Assembly: GCF_009914755.1 (NCBI RefSeq)
Contig: NC_060932.1
Source of the DNA: the human T2T-CHM13v2.0 reference genome, Homo sapiens
DNA: 64,000 nt
Direction: 5' to 3' (one strand)
In this document: positions 39,860 through 53,582 of the stretch, one piece after another
How positions within the stretch are numbered: position 1 is the stretch's first letter
How the letters are laid out: the number at the start of each line of letters is the position of its first letter
Notes under the pieces: generated by a model
The model's database searches: none
What the model saw: only the letters and a program-made list of their open reading frames with translations
Told to the model about the DNA's origin: nothing
Made by a program: the position numbers and the translations under genes

Positions 39860-40640
39860 TATGGTTCCTGTCCTGGGAGCTTATGCTTGAGTTGAAGAGA
39901 AAGACACAAATAATGATTTCATTCCAGTAGAGATAAGTAAAGGATGAGAAGTTATTGGTGTTATGAAAGCAAATGACGGGGAGTGGGATTACTAAATTGC
40001 TAACCTAGTTTAGGGACAGAGAAATCTTCCCCTGAGGAAGTAATGCCTTAGCTGACAGCTGGGAGATGAGCTAACAGGAGGAGCAAGGAGAGGGGAGGGT
40101 TCTGGGCCAGGCACAACGTGACCAGGGATGCAGTGTGGTGCATCTGAGAACCCAGGTGGCAGTGAGTGAGGCTGCAGTGAGCCAGTAGGGCAGAGATGAT
40201 GTGAGGCAAGGTGGAGTGACAGGGAGGGGCTGACCGTACAAAGCCTGGATTTTATTTTAAACAAAAGGAGAAGCATTGAAGGGCTTTACATAGGGAGTGA
40301 ATTGATAAGATTTGTATTTAAATTATCACTTAGGCTGCTCTGTGGATGTGGACTGGAAAAAGGCAAAGGTTGGCCTTGGGGAACCCCATTAGGGTGAAGG
40401 TTGGCCTTGGAGACACCCCATTAGGGTGAAGATTGGCCTCGGGGCACCTCATTAGGAGGCTCTGGAGGTCCTGAGAGATGAGGGTGGTTCATCCCCGAGT
40501 GCAGCTCTAGAAGTGGATGGAAGGTACCTGGAGAATGGTGGTGGGTGAGGGGTTATGGAAAGAGAGATGGCAAGGGAGATGTCCCAGGTTTTTGACTGAG
40601 AAACAGGATGCTTGATCCCATTTATGGCTCTGGAGAAGAC
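39860..40640 (-). mobile_element. L2 fragment
   Basis: ttcccctgaggaagtaatgcct, tggattttattttaa...gaagcattgaagggcttta, gataagatttgtattt...ggctgctctgtgga. Confidence 0.7.
40366..40456 (+). repeat. Minisatellite, about 3 copies of a 31-32 bp unit
   Basis: aaggttggccttggggaaccccattagggtg / aaggttggccttggagacaccccattagggtg / aagattggcctcggggcacctcattagg. Confidence 0.92.
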
Positions 40641-42439
40641 AAGAGGATAGACAGTTGTAGGGGAGAGGAGTCACTGATGTGTGGTGGGAACATTCCTCTC
40701 TCTGGCTTTCTCCCCCAGCTTCTCTCATCTTGTCCAGCTCTTGGAACATCTTGCAGCCCTGCAAATCCCAGGCTCTCTTGCCTGTGGCCTGTCCCACCTA
40801 CTGCTCCTTCTTCCTACAACACTTCTTGTGTTTCTCCTTCCCTTTTCTGGGAAGCCTACCTGACTACTCACTTCTTCCTCTGCCTAGAACACCTAGAACT
40901 CACTTTCTCCCAAGCAAATGCTCCTCTAGTAAAGCTTCCCTGAGCTCCCCCTCTATCCTCAGGCAGGATATACGTTTTTCTTTCAAAGTCATTTCTCAAG
41001 GGTAAGTGCACCCAATGTAAATAAACGGACCTAGCTAGATGAGGAGAAGGTTGTCCAGCTTCACACACTGAACATCTTACAGCCAACTAGGGCCCAGCTA
41101 CATGTAAACATGCAATAATGATATGGTTCTGCCTACAAATATATGGTTGTCATGAGCATCCAGTGAAATAAAGGATGTGAAAATGTTTTATAAACTCGAG
41201 GAACTAATGATAAGTGAAGTATTGCAGGAAGCAAAATAGAATCCTAGCAGATTTCACGCAATTATTGGTGGGAAGTTGCATTTAGTTATAAAAGTTTGAA
41301 AGAGACCTCCCTTTATTACCGAAATATATTACCTAAAGACATCCTTTAAATCATGAAAGCCAGAAACAGCCACACAATGAGACTCTAGTGGAGGTATTTT
41401 TAAGAGCAAAGTTTCCCAAACAGCAGTCTGTGAACCAAGACTAGCATGTAACGAAGTTCTTACCTGTTCACAGCAAAACTGTCAGCGTAACGTTGTGTAC
41501 TTACCTATTTTGGGAAGAGCAATTTTTCCTTTTAAATTGATGGGTTTTTTTTTTTTTACATAATCTTTAGCAGCAAAATAATGTTTGTTTCTTTACTCTG
41601 ACCATTCAATTATTATTTAAAAAGTTTGTAATATAAAAAAGTTGTATCCACTGTTTTAGCATACTCTTCATTTTTTAGTTTTTGGTGTTGTTGTTGTTTA
41701 CCTATTGAATTTTTTGAAAGTGCTAAAGAAACCCTAAGGGAAATAAATTGGGCTGGAAGCATTGGTCTATTTCCTCTGGAACACCGTAGGGCTGGGAGAA
41801 GAGTGAGACGCTGTGATTTATTAGGCTTTAATGGAGTGGATCTTACAAGTTATCTAATTTTACAGCCTTCTAAGAGATGCTTTCATGCCCTCAATAATAT
41901 CTCTAAAAATTGTGCTCCACTTCCAGTGACCAAATACTCATTAACTTCTGAGGGGCCATGCCATCTTTGAACAGCCATGACTCTTAGAGTGATCTTCCTT
42001 AAATCGAGGCTGAATCCATCTTCACCTCATTCCACGTATTGATCCCATTACTCCCATGGAATCCCAGAGAACAATTATAATTTATTCTTTATGGATATTG
42101 TTCAAATATTAGAATTCAGTTACCTTGCTTCTTTTTCTTTTCCCTAAGACAATCAGCTTGGATTCCCAGGAAATACATTTGAATGAACCTGAGTTGATCC
42201 CTTCTCCATTTAAGTGCTTTTTTCTTAGCCTGTTTCCTACTTCAGGGTCCTAGTGGCCCTGTAAGGATCCCTGTGACAATGAGTCATCTCCCTAGGTTAC
42301 AATTTCTGGGTTAAAACGTTGTTTGCCCTGTCTGGTGACCCTTCTTTCTGCCTGGCCTGCCTCTCTGTCCATTCACATCGGTCTGAGGTTCCGGTGCATT
42401 ATCTGTTTCTTTGATAGAGCCAAGGCCCTGATGCTGACT

Positions 42440-42830
42440 TGATGTAGGTTCTCCAGGTTCTCTGGGATGGAGATTTGTGTGTGTGTGTGAGATTTATCGA
42501 GGACGTGCTTTTGGGAAACCAGAAGCAGAGTAAGCAGGATCTGTGCAGCTTCAGGTGAGCCCTGGGCTGAGCCAATGCCCGAGGCAGCCCTGGAATGTAA
42601 CTACCCTTGGAGTCTGTCCCGCCTTGAGGCAAAGGAGCTTTCATACCCTCACACCCCTCAGTGGGTGATACACTGCTCCAAGGCCCTAAACTGTTGGCTC
42701 TCAGTTTGTCTGTGTGAAGTGGCTTCAGTAGCACATGGATCGTATTTTGAATACAGTTCTAGGTGTAACTCCTTTGGAGAGGAGCATGCAGAAGCTGGGG
42801 ACAGGGCCAGAGGGGCTGGGTCAAGCACTG
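42440..42830. mobile_element. Old ERVL LTR (LTR16-like)
   Basis: ctctgggatggagattt...gagatttat...tttgggaaac and related degenerate motifs. Confidence 0.45.
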
Positions 42831-43039
42831 TGAGCTTCTGCTATAGCTCCCTACTGTGCAATGCACCCAAATCTCCTACTCTGCAGTCTTGCTCTATCCC
42901 ACCCAACTCACTACCAAGCTAAGGAGTCCAGTCTGAGTGTGTCTCCCTGATGCCCTCCCATCCAGCTGAGCAGCATGTGCCAGTGTTCTGAGCATGCTCT
43001 AGCTTGCTGACAGCTTTCCCTAAATATATACCTTTTTCG

Positions 43040-43372
43040 TAACTTTATTTTATCTACAGGGGTACAAGTGAGGTTTCTTACATATGTAAGTGTCACACTT
43101 ACATAGGTGAACTTGTGTCATGCGGTTTGCTGTTCAGATTATTTCATCACCTGGGTGTTAAGCCTAGTACCCATTAGCTATTTTTTCCCGATCCTCTCTG
43201 TCCTCCCATCCTCCAACCTCTGAAAGGCCCCAGTGTGTGTTGTTCCCCTCTATGTGCCCGTGTGTTCTCATCATTTAGCTCCCACTTAGAAGTGAGAGCA
43301 TGCAGTATTTGGTTTCCTAGTATTTAGTTTGCTAAAGATAATGGCCTCCTGCTCTATCCATGTCCCTGCAAA
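43040..43372 (-). mobile_element. 5'-truncated older L1PA/PB 3' end
   Basis: aactttatttt...cagattatttcatcacc...tttagctcccactta...ccatgtccctgcaaa. Confidence 0.9.
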
Positions 43373-43519
43373 AGCCTGAACTGGACTCTAGGTACACTTT
43401 GACCAGGTGAATGCAGATCAGAGTAACCACACTCTTTGTTCTCTATCCATCAAAGAATCTAAAATGGTATTGTGGGATTTTTGGAAAGCGATGTTTTGCT
43501 TGCCTCCAATTCATCCCAT

Positions 43520-43980
43520 TAGTGAGAGAAGGATTCCCTACCCTAAATAATGCATGACAGCCAAACACACAATGCCTGACACTGGACAGATAAGACTGAT
43601 GGCAGTTTATTACTCACGTACACTCAGAGCCCAAAGAGGAGGGTGCCGCATGCTATGCAGGGCCACATGGAGGGAATAAATGGGCCAACAGGGACTGTGG
43701 GAGGCAGGCTCTGTAGTAACAAGAGGATGGGGCAACAGTTGGTCACATGGGAGGATGTACATGCTTGGTTGTTTGAACATTCCATGGCTGGCAGGGAGAA
43801 GAAACCTGTTAGGTTGAGGAGTGGGTGCAGTGCGTCATGTCTGCTGGATGAAGGAAACTAGCTGAGTGGGGAACCTTTCCTCCTGAATGACGGCCATATC
43901 TGGGGAGAGCAGGGCAACTCATGGTTAGGTCTTTGGGGTCCTATAAAGCTCAAAGATGTCAAGGCAGCAGCACATGAAAT
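43520..43980. mobile_element. Probable ERVL-class LTR relic
   Basis: cagtttattactcac...gcagggccacatgg...gggactgtgggaggcaggct pattern. Family not identified. Confidence 0.4.
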
Positions 43981-45408
43981 GTTAGTTCTTACGATAGAGA
44001 GAGGCAGCCTCATTTTGAGCTTGCTGTTGATGAAAACATCGGAATAGTTTCTCATATATGCTTTGGGGCTGAACTATACCCCCATCCATCCCTCTGTCCC
44101 TCATGTCTGGTCATGTGTTCAGGCAGCGATCCCTGCAGTTGCCCACCCATTGCAGGCATTCAGTAACATCCTCCTGCAGGGAGTCTGAGTGAATGAATGA
44201 CTTGAGGCCTGTGGCTGTGGGAAAGGGGTGGATAAAGAGGACAGAGAAAAGGAAGTGTCTTGGGTCCAGTCAAATTTCTCACTGCGATGAGCAGCAACAC
44301 TAGCTGCTTCAGTCCTCTCCTACTATCACGGTTATTCAGGGAGGTCCATGCTGGCCTTTTTCGGGAACCCAGGAAGAGAATAAGCACTCATATACACCAA
44401 GGTGCAGGAACTGCTGCTCAGTCATTTGGCCACAAAAGTCCATTTATATCAATAAAACAGTTCTGTAAGCATAATGCAAATTTCATTACTGGTACACTAT
44501 GCTGGCTGAAATGCTTGGGTGCATCCTTAAGGAGAACACAATTATTATGCCTGATTTGTGATTTTACAGCCATGGAGGATAGGGCCAGGGAGTCAGAGTG
44601 GTTTTTTCAACATTAGCAAGATTGGAGAGAAAAAAAAGAACAAAACCCAGCAACTCACAAAACGCATAATCATTTTGCGTTTTCTTAAAATGCAAAATGT
44701 AATATGTAAAGACAGCCTTGACCTGCAGAAGATATGAAACCAAAGTGAAATAAATCATGCTCCATGCCAGGAGCACTCAGTTCCAACATGGTTAACGAGC
44801 TTGGTCATGCACATGTATCAGGAAACAGTGAATTGCTGACACAAAGAGAAAACACAGTTGCAAAGAGTTGATTTCATTTGTTTTTCTCCTAATACTATTC
44901 TCTAAGGTTTGTTTATTTGTTTTTAATTCCAAGTATTCCCTTGAACTTCCCTGAGGAAGATGTTGTGTGATGTGCCATTACCCAGATTTTTAGAAGCCAA
45001 AAGACCTGGTTTTGTATTGCTAAGGGAAGTCACTTGGCCTAAAGATTTTTTTTTTTTTAATCTAACTTTGTGAATAGTCAGCTTTCTTTTGAGGTCACAG
45101 CCAAAATACAGGGACCCTTGAGTAGTGGAAAGAACAGAATTTTTGTCAGACTGTTTGGATGGAGTCATGGCTCCCTCTAAGCTAGTGGCATTTGACAAGT
45201 TAGCTAACTTCTGCGATCCTTAGCTCTCCCTATTTTCAAATGTAGATAATGAGAAGAGCCCTGCCACATGGGTGGAGCATGAACAGTACGTTGGAAAATG
45301 GATGTGAACGTGCAAATGGCAAAGCCTGATGTAAAGGCAGCTTGTTACTACCCTCCCTAGGTTTTGATTTCCCCAATTGTCAAATGACTAATTTTTAAGG
45401 TTGTTTTC

Positions 45409-45767
45409 TGTATTAGTCTGTTTTCATACTTTTGATAAAGACATGCATGGGACTGGGTAATATATAAAGAAAAAGAGGTTTAATGGACTCACAGTTACAC
45501 GTGCTGGGGAGGCCTCACAATCATGGTGCAAAGCTAAAGGCATGTCTTACATGGTGGCAGGCAAGAGAAAATGAGGACCAAGCAAAAAGAGTTTTTCCTT
45601 ATAAACACCAGATCTCATGAGACTTTATTCACTACTAAGAGAGCAGTGTGGGGGAATCACCCCTGTGATTTAATTATGTCCCTCTAGGTCCCTCCCACAA
45701 CACATAGGAATTATGGGGGCTACAATTCAAGAAGAGATTTGGATGGGGACACAGCCAAATCATATCA
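45409..45767 (-). mobile_element. THE1-type MaLR solo LTR
   Basis: tgtattagtctg...gataaagacat...gggacacagccaaatcatatca. TSD TTTTC/CTTTC. Confidence 0.93.
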
Positions 45768-46429
45768 CTTTCAATTCTAATACTGCCAGCTTAAGGAGGG
45801 GCATGTTTCTTATTTCATACAGTGTGCACGTGATGGCATCTATAACTTGCTATATATTACGTTGAGAAGAATGACCAGATGAAGAGGATAAGTGTCTGCC
45901 CTCAAAGTGGGTCACAACATAAAGAGAAAGAGGGTCATATAAACACATTGACCCCGGTAGGAAATGCGGTCCAAGAGCTGGAGGTGGGAGCTGTGTACAT
46001 GGGAAAATGTGAAGAGGAGAGTGTGTGCACAGCTGACTTGTCTTAGTTCACATTGGAGCCAGTATGAAAACTTTTGGCCTTGGTATGCCAGATTGGCACA
46101 TCAGGGGGATTTGCAGGTCCTGTTTTTAAATCCCCTCTTGGTGGCATTTTAAGATGCAGGAGTTATGCAGCAGGAAGGAAAGATGTGGACCTTTTTTCCC
46201 CATCCTAGCTGTAGCCCTCTAGGTTCATTCTGGCTCAGCCTCACAGGTGTACGTGAGGGTTTCATGTCTTATTCAAAGTGAAAGAATCAGTGAGTATTTT
46301 GGAGTTGGGCAGATGGATTCTTGGAGAACATCTAGTCCACAGTGGGAGGGAGAAGCTCTGGGGATGAGAGCTATCTTAAGATTATGATGTCTTCTCCAAA
46401 CCTTTTTCCTCCTCTCTGTCATTTAGGTC

Positions 46430-46595
46430 TAGTTTACAATCTTAGCTGCACCCTGGAATCACAGGAGTGATAATACAAATACCAAGCTGAATACCTAACC
46501 AGTTAAGTCAGAATTTTTGAGGGTGGGACTAAGCTATCAGTATTCTTAAAGCTTCAGGGGATTCCAACATGCAGTCAGGGTTGAGAATCCCAAGC
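46430..46595. mobile_element. MER5-type hAT relic
   Basis: cttagctgcac...ggaatcac...aagtcagaatt...gattccaacatgcagtcagggttgagaa. Confidence 0.65.
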
Positions 46596-47072
46596 CTCCT
46601 GCTTCACGTCTGCTCCTGCTTCCTCATGTCGCTCAGCCACAGGCACCCCATCTCTATCCTAAAGACAAACCATGTCCAATGCTGAGTCAGTGCTGACCAA
46701 GGCAGGCTCACCCCACAGGCTTGTATCTGGAATGGGTCTCATTGCCTTGACCCAGCACCTGGGGCCACCCAAGCCCACTGCACTGATTTCCCTTCTGACA
46801 ACTGTCTCCTTCCTCATTTCACTCCTGTCCACCTGGCCTTCCTCTTGTTTGTCAGACACACCAAACCCATTCTCACTTCAGAACTCTGGCAGCTCCTCTC
46901 CCCTTCGACTGGAAATTTTTTCCCTTTGACAGTTGAATGGTGGTTCCTTTTCACAATTAAGGGCTCAGCTCAGTCACTGCTTCAACTTTCTCTACTTTCC
47001 CCGCCACTCCCCACCAGGTGTTCTTAATTAGAATTGCCTGAGTTCTTTTTTCCCATAGCACTGATTACTTAG

Positions 47073-47494
47073 TGATGTAGTTTGGATTTGTGTCCCTGCT
47101 CAAATCTCACATCAAATTGTAATCCCCAGTGTTGAAGGTGGTGCCTGCTTGGAGGTGATTGGATCATGAGGGTGGTTTTTCATGAATGGTTTAACATCAT
47201 TCCCTCTCTGCTGTTCTCACCATAGTGGGTTCTCACGAGATCTGGTTGTTTAAAAGTGTGTACCACCTCCTGCCTCTCTCTCTCTCTTCCTCCTTCTTTG
47301 GCCATGTGAAGTGCTGGCTTCCCATTTGCCTTCTGCCATGACTGTAAGTTTCCTGAAGCTTCCCCAGAAGCTGAGCAGATGCTACCATGCTTCTGGTACA
47401 GCCTGTGGAGCCATAAGCCAATTAATCCTCTTTTCTTTATAAGTTACCCAGTAAAAGGCATTTCTTTAAAGCAATGGGAAAATAGACTAACACA
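47073..47494 (+). mobile_element. MSTB-like solo LTR
   Basis: tgatgtagtttggat...ccccagaagctgagcagatgc...gactaacaca. Confidence 0.9.
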
Positions 47495-48494
47495 CTCCAT
47501 GGAATGATTTGCTTACTTGATGATAGCCCCTCTCATTCCACAAGAATATGTGTTCTGTAAAAGCAAGAGTCTTGCTCTCTGGGTCACAGGTTAGCTCCAG
47601 GGTAAGGGTAGTGCCTCTCACAGATCTTCATAAATATTTACAGACTGAATGATGTTTTTCTGCTAGTAACCCAGGCTGTTCACCTTGCAGTGGTGTTTCG
47701 CCTCTTTCCCTCTTTATCCATTTCTGTGTCTGCCATCTTTCTCCTCCCTCCATAGTGTCATACACACAGTAGATGGACATTCCCTGGCTTGGTGGGATCT
47801 TCAATATTATCAGGCACCAAGGCACAGACCCAGCAAGTGTTAAGCATATGAAATCTTCCACTCGCTGGAGCAACACATCCATTGACATTTTCTTTTCCTC
47901 CTGCTGCATTATTGCCAAGTTTGAGGACAAAATTCTGGACCAAAATGTTTCAGTCATGAGTTGTTTGTATGTTCTGCTACATTTCCTTCCTTGAGGGGGT
48001 TTATTAGCTTAAAATGGAAACTCTCCTCCTGTGAAAAGTATTGAAATGTATTTCCAAAGCCGGTCAGACTGCAGCATGTAGGTCAGTCAGAAGCAAGTCC
48101 CATCTCTTCATTGGCTTGGCCCTGGGGCCTTTCTCTCAGGCTCATGAATGGGGTGCTCTCCAGGGCCCCCGGACTCACTTTAAACTTGAGCCATCTTGGT
48201 CACAAATTAGACAGGCATAAAAATAAAAGGGACTAAAAAAAAGTTTTCAAGCCATAAATCTGGACAGGGCTGCAGGGAACAAGGGCAGAGCCACCTAAGC
48301 CCTGGACTAGAGCACAGTAAATGGTCTAATTATACACAGAATCAATAACATCCACATTCCCTGGACACACTCCACTGTGCAAAAGCAACCCAAACTCCAA
48401 ACATTTCTTCTGTTTAGTTACTTGTCTTACTCTCCCTCGTATCTATTCTCTCACATGACCATCAAAAAGTTTGGGAGCAAACTGGTTCTGATAT

Positions 48495-48867
48495 TGTATT
48501 AGTCCATTCTCATGCTGCTAATAAAGGCATATCTGAGACGGTAATTTATATGGAAAGAGATTTAGTTGACTCGCAGTTCTGCAGGGCCGGGGAGGCCTCA
48601 GGAAACTTACAATTATGGCAGAAGGGTAACCAAACACGTCCTCTTTCACATGGTGTCAGGAAAGAGAGGTGCCCAGCAAAAGGGGAAAAGCCCCTTATAA
48701 AACTATCAGATCTCATGAGAACTCACTCACTATTACAATAACAGCATGAGGGTAACCGCCCCCATGATTAAATTACCTCCCACTAGGTCCCTCTCACAAC
48801 GTGTGGGGATTATAGGAGCTACAATTCAAGATGAGATTCAGGTGGGGGCAACAGCCAAAGCATATCA
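48495..48867 (-). mobile_element. THE1/MSTA-type solo LTR
   Basis: tgtattagtccattc...acagccaaagcatatca. TSD GATAT. Confidence 0.93.
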
Positions 48868-50704
48868 GATATCATGAGGGTTTTTGCCTTGGAGTAAGAA
48901 AACCACTGAGACTCAGTGTTCAAGGTCACCTGGGGGATGGGTGTGTGAGCTGTGGCTCAGCTCCACACACTTGCAGGGCCGTTGCCAAGGTGCACATGTG
49001 CATCTGAGTGTGCCTCAGGCCCATGGGTGCCTGTGTTCTAGCAAAGGAAAGTGGTAAAGAGGAAAGGATGCAGAGTCACAACTGTGAGGTTCAGCTCCTG
49101 ACCCTGGGGCTCACCAGCTGGGTGGCCCCGAGCAAACTCCTTCCCTTTTCTCTTTAGCATCTCTTCTGTCTGTAAAATGAAGAGGTCAGAAATGTGGGCA
49201 TCTAAGATTCTGTGTTCTTTTCCTATTTTGTGTCTCTCTGACAATTGTACCATTCTCCAAAACCATTGTGGGGTCTCATGGTCAGTGTTGGCTTTCAGGG
49301 GTAAAAAAGAATTTAATATAAATGTGAATGCCTAAATTGTGACCAGTTATTGATAAGATTTTTCCTGGGTAAGGGTCTACTCTTTCGTGAGACTCATGCA
49401 TAAAGAAATGAAAAAAAGGATGAAAAAAGCGAAACAAGAAGCCCTGGGTACCACTTCTGGCTCTCTCCACCAGCTGATCACCTCTCACATCTTCAGTTTC
49501 CTCATGTGTGGGTTGTGTATGGTAGTAATACCTTCCATCCACGGTTGTAAGAAGACTAAGTAAAATGATGAATACGAAGGTGTTGGATACAACACACTGA
49601 TATCATGAATGAAAAGAAGACCGGGAGAAAAGGCAGGGAGCATAATGTCTGGGAGGGGTTTTCCTGCTCCCTCTTCCATGTTGGGAGCCCACTGGATGTG
49701 ATGCTCTTTGATTCTTTGCTTACTATGTCCCAGGTACAATAGTGACCTCTCTGATTGGAGGACAGATAAGATTAAATTGGGCGTGTTGAGCTCAGACTTT
49801 ACCTTCCCTATAGACAGTGATTTGCATGCAGACAGCATGAGGCCGAGGACTCTTCCAGTGCTCTGTCTCTGCATGCAGCACAAAGGCTGTCCCTGGCCAC
49901 CCTTGTCTGGGACCAGAGGACAAGTAGGTCTCATTCTGCAGCTCATTTAACAGGTCTATTTGGCCTTTACTTTTAGATATGTCCATCAGCTTAGACTTAT
50001 GTTTTAAAAAGGTGATATTTTGACCTCCATCTTCTTTGCTATTAATCTGATTTCTTTTTCTTGAAAACCTGGGTAGAAAGGGGAGTGCAATTTTGCCCCT
50101 CACTTCCCCCTTTGAGACCCCTCAACCTCTGCTCCCACCTGACTAGGCTTGGACTTGTTCCTCAACATCTGACGTTGACAAAGACTTTCCATCTCCTTCC
50201 CAGTGATCTTTCAGGGGGAATAAATGACACAGCCTCATAAGTCACTTACTCTGGTGTTTCATAACCCTCACTGAAATGTTCTCCTTCTGGAGCTAACCTA
50301 CATTCCACCCGCCACCATTTATTAAGCTCATTCCCTCCAGGCTCATGGCACTGGTCTAATTCAAGGAAAGATAAATACCTTGCTCACAATCACTCTTACC
50401 TTTTGTACAATGTCACCCCTCGCCTGTTATTGTTTGCTATTAGACAGATCTCCAGTAATGTGGCTTTCATTGAGTTATCTTTCCTAGGCATAATTGAATC
50501 TCAAATTTCGACTGTCAGAATTTGAAAAGTATCACAGCCGTCCTCTACAGATGATCTTGTTCTGCTGCTAGGCACTGAGCACTTAAAGATGCCATAGGTC
50601 ATCTTTATCTATTCCTTTGCACAGATGCCCAGGAACACACACGAGCTGTCCAACCTATTAGAGATATACACGATTCAGATACTCCAGTGCTCCCTCTTGT
50701 GGAT

Positions 50705-51070
50705 TGATATGGTTTGGCTCTGTGTCCCCATCCAAATCTCATCTTGTAGCTCCCATAATTCTCACATCTTGTGGGAGGGAACAGAGTGAGATTATTGAAT
50801 CATGGGGGTGGGTCTTTCCCTTGCCGTTCTCCTAATAGTGAATGGATCTCATGAGATCTGATGGTTTTAAAAACTGGAGTTTCTCTTCACATGCTCTCTC
50901 TTTGCCTGCTGCCATCCGTATAAGATGTGACTTGCTTCTCCTTGCCTTCTGCCATGATTGTGAGGCTTACCCTGCCGTGTGGAACTGTGAGTCCTATTAA
51001 ACCTCTCTCTTTTGTAAATTGTCCCTTCTTGGGTATGTCTTTATCAGCAGTGTGTAAACAGACTTATACA
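50705..51070 (+). mobile_element. THE1-type solo LTR
   Basis: tgatatggtttggc...gggtatgtctttatcagcagtgtg...gacttataca. TSD TGGAT/CGGAT. Confidence 0.93.
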
Positions 51071-51339
51071 CGGATAAACCATGCCTTCCCAGATTGAACC
51101 ACAACATCACCGTATCACAGAGTATTCTAGGCCTGGAAGTTTCTGGAGAATTAGAGTCTGCATGTATAAGTTCTAGAGGTATTCCAAAGACCCTTTTCAC
51201 AATCTGGTGACCTGTTCTGAGATCCGAGCCCTGCGTTTAATTCAAGACAATTTCAGCTCTTGATTTCTTTGATCCCTTGTTCGACCAGAATTATTTGCTT
51301 TGGAAATGGATGATCCTCCTCTCTCTCATTGTAGCTCAC

Positions 51340-51710
51340 TGCATCAGTCAAGATAGGCCAGTTGTGCTGCAGTAACAACAACCTCACAATCTCGGCACAT
51401 TTATATGGGTCAGCAAGGAGAACTCTGCTCGCGGTAGCCATTCAGGGACCAGGCCGATGGAGCAGCCACCATCTCAAATATTTTTGAGATGCTAATTTTC
51501 ATGTCAGAGGGAAAAAGGGAGGGAGGTGATTCATGCATGGGTCCTTAAACCTTATGTCTGGAAGTGTACTTGTCACTTCTGCTCACAATACATGGGCAAA
51601 ACAAGTCACATGGACATATCTAACTTCATCGGGGGAGGAAATAGTCATCCCACCACGTATCTGCAAGAAAAGCATCCAAATTATGTGGTAAACGGCATTA
51701 GTGATTTTCA
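51340..51710 (-). mobile_element. Old MLT1 LTR
   Basis: gtgctgcagtaacaacaacc, gatggagcagccaccatct, aacaagtcacatgg. Confidence 0.6.
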
Positions 51711-52920
51711 CCTCACCAGCTCACTTTCTCTTTCCAGAGAGAAAAAATAATTCTATAAACCATTCATTAAAATGAGGAAACTATCCAAGCATGTATTCTA
51801 ATTTACTTCATTTAAGGAGGAGCAAACTTTGACCCAAAGAGGGAAATTATTTTTTTTCTCAAGATCACACAATGAGTCAATGGCACATTATTTCTAGAAA
51901 CCAGGTCCCCTGACAGTACTTTTTTTTCCTCTTTTGGACCACAATACCATGTAGACATATTGCTTTGTTGATTTATCTCTGTATCCATTTGGGTTTCAGA
52001 ATCGATAAGGTTGTTAGTAATTTTAGCATGAATGGCTTGGGGGTGGTGATACTCTGGTTGGCTATTAGCAAGGGAATTATTTAATTTAATAACCCCCTGG
52101 GCTTGTAAAATAAAAAGAGAATGGTTTTCTTTATGGGAACAGGCATCTGCATGAAGCAGCAACGCTGCCTGCATCCCCTATCGAGATACCCAGCCTCAGA
52201 GCTCAACTCATGTACACTGGCCAATTACTAATAGTCCAGCACAATGCTGGGCACTTAAATTGAAAATGTCATTGGACAATTAAATTGGGAAAGCATAGCA
52301 AAAGCTTTGACAGTCTTCTCAATGCCACTTGCTGTGCCACTTGTTCTATTTTTATTAACTCATTTAACCCTCATGCTGAGTTGGCAGATAGGGATTGGCA
52401 GCCATACTTTATAGTTGAAAATAACATGGCCACAAAGTCTGAATAACTAGCTGAGAGAGTAAAATTAGTGAATAGAGAGAATGGCTTTTATCATTATTGC
52501 CATATTTATTCCTGGATAGAGAATCCAGTTTCAAACCATTGTGGTGATTTATTTATTACTTTGGTTAGTCTTCTGCAGTGCTGATGTATATGCCTTATAA
52601 GTATAGTGATCTTGTTTATCTATCACTACCATATCCATAGCTCCTAGCCCTGTGCCTGCAATAGAGTAGACATTGCATGAAAGAGAAATTTTTGTTACTA
52701 TAGGCCAGGACTCCCTGGTTCCCAGGCAGGGATGTGAGTTAACCTTCTTGATTTAGTCACTTTTCTTTGGAAGCTGAATTTGACCCTCTTTCACTTCCTT
52801 TCTTCTATAAGCTGTATCTATTTCTTTGGAGTATTTTACATTTTTGTGCACTAAGTATCTTATAATATTTTGATATCTCTCTCATTTGTTCTTGCTCTCA
52901 TTCTTGTCCTTTCTTGTTCT

Positions 52921-53008
52921 CTCTCTCTTTCTACCCTCTCTTATTCATGTTTTTGTTATCTCTCTCTTCCTATCCTCTCTTATTCGTGTTTTTGGTCTTT
53001 CTCTCTTT
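52921..53008 (+). repeat. 39-bp tandem duplication in a CT-rich tract
   Basis: ctctctctttctaccctctcttattcatgtttttgttat / ctctctcttcctatcctctcttattcgtgtttttggtct. Confidence 0.85.
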
Positions 53009-53582
53009 TAATAATCAAGATTAGAAGTACCAGCTTCAAAACTCCTATATGTAAAGTAGCTTCTTGCTGGGTGGTTTAATTCTGAAATGAGAATGCACAC
53101 CTGAAACACAGACCAGAACCCAGTCTTTGATGCAGTATCATACAACCTCATTTGATATCTCTGCTCATTAGTGCACTAAAATGTCCTTTAATTATTTCAT
53201 TCACCCAATGTTAATTTTGTAATTCAACTGTGGGACGTAATAATTGGATTTATCCTATCCAGTCCTTACTGAAAATTGATGCATCCTATAATATACTTTT
53301 TGGCCTAGGTTGTCCAGTGATTTGTCAATTTGCCAGCAATGCCATTAATTGTTGAATTTGCCAAGTGCATATTGAGTGTCTGCTATGTGCCAGGCATTGT
53401 ACTGGTTAAGGCAATGTAATGAGAGAGACACGATGTCTCCCAGAAGAAAGCTCACAAATTAACGGGTGAGAAAAATATGTAAGCAGAAAACTACTGTGAT
53501 TGTGTAATAAAAAAAAAAGGTTAGGGTTATGCCTGAGGGCCATGGGAACACAGAGGAAGATCCATAGTTCAGCCTTGTTGGC

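Noticed and set aside
40366-40456. CRISPR-like repeated 31-32-mers
   Set aside because: Head-to-tail tandem units with no spacers, in mammalian DNA.
49485-49946. 153-aa minus-strand ORF
   Set aside because: No recognisable homology, ends in a MIR relic, length within chance expectation for a 64-kb six-frame scan.
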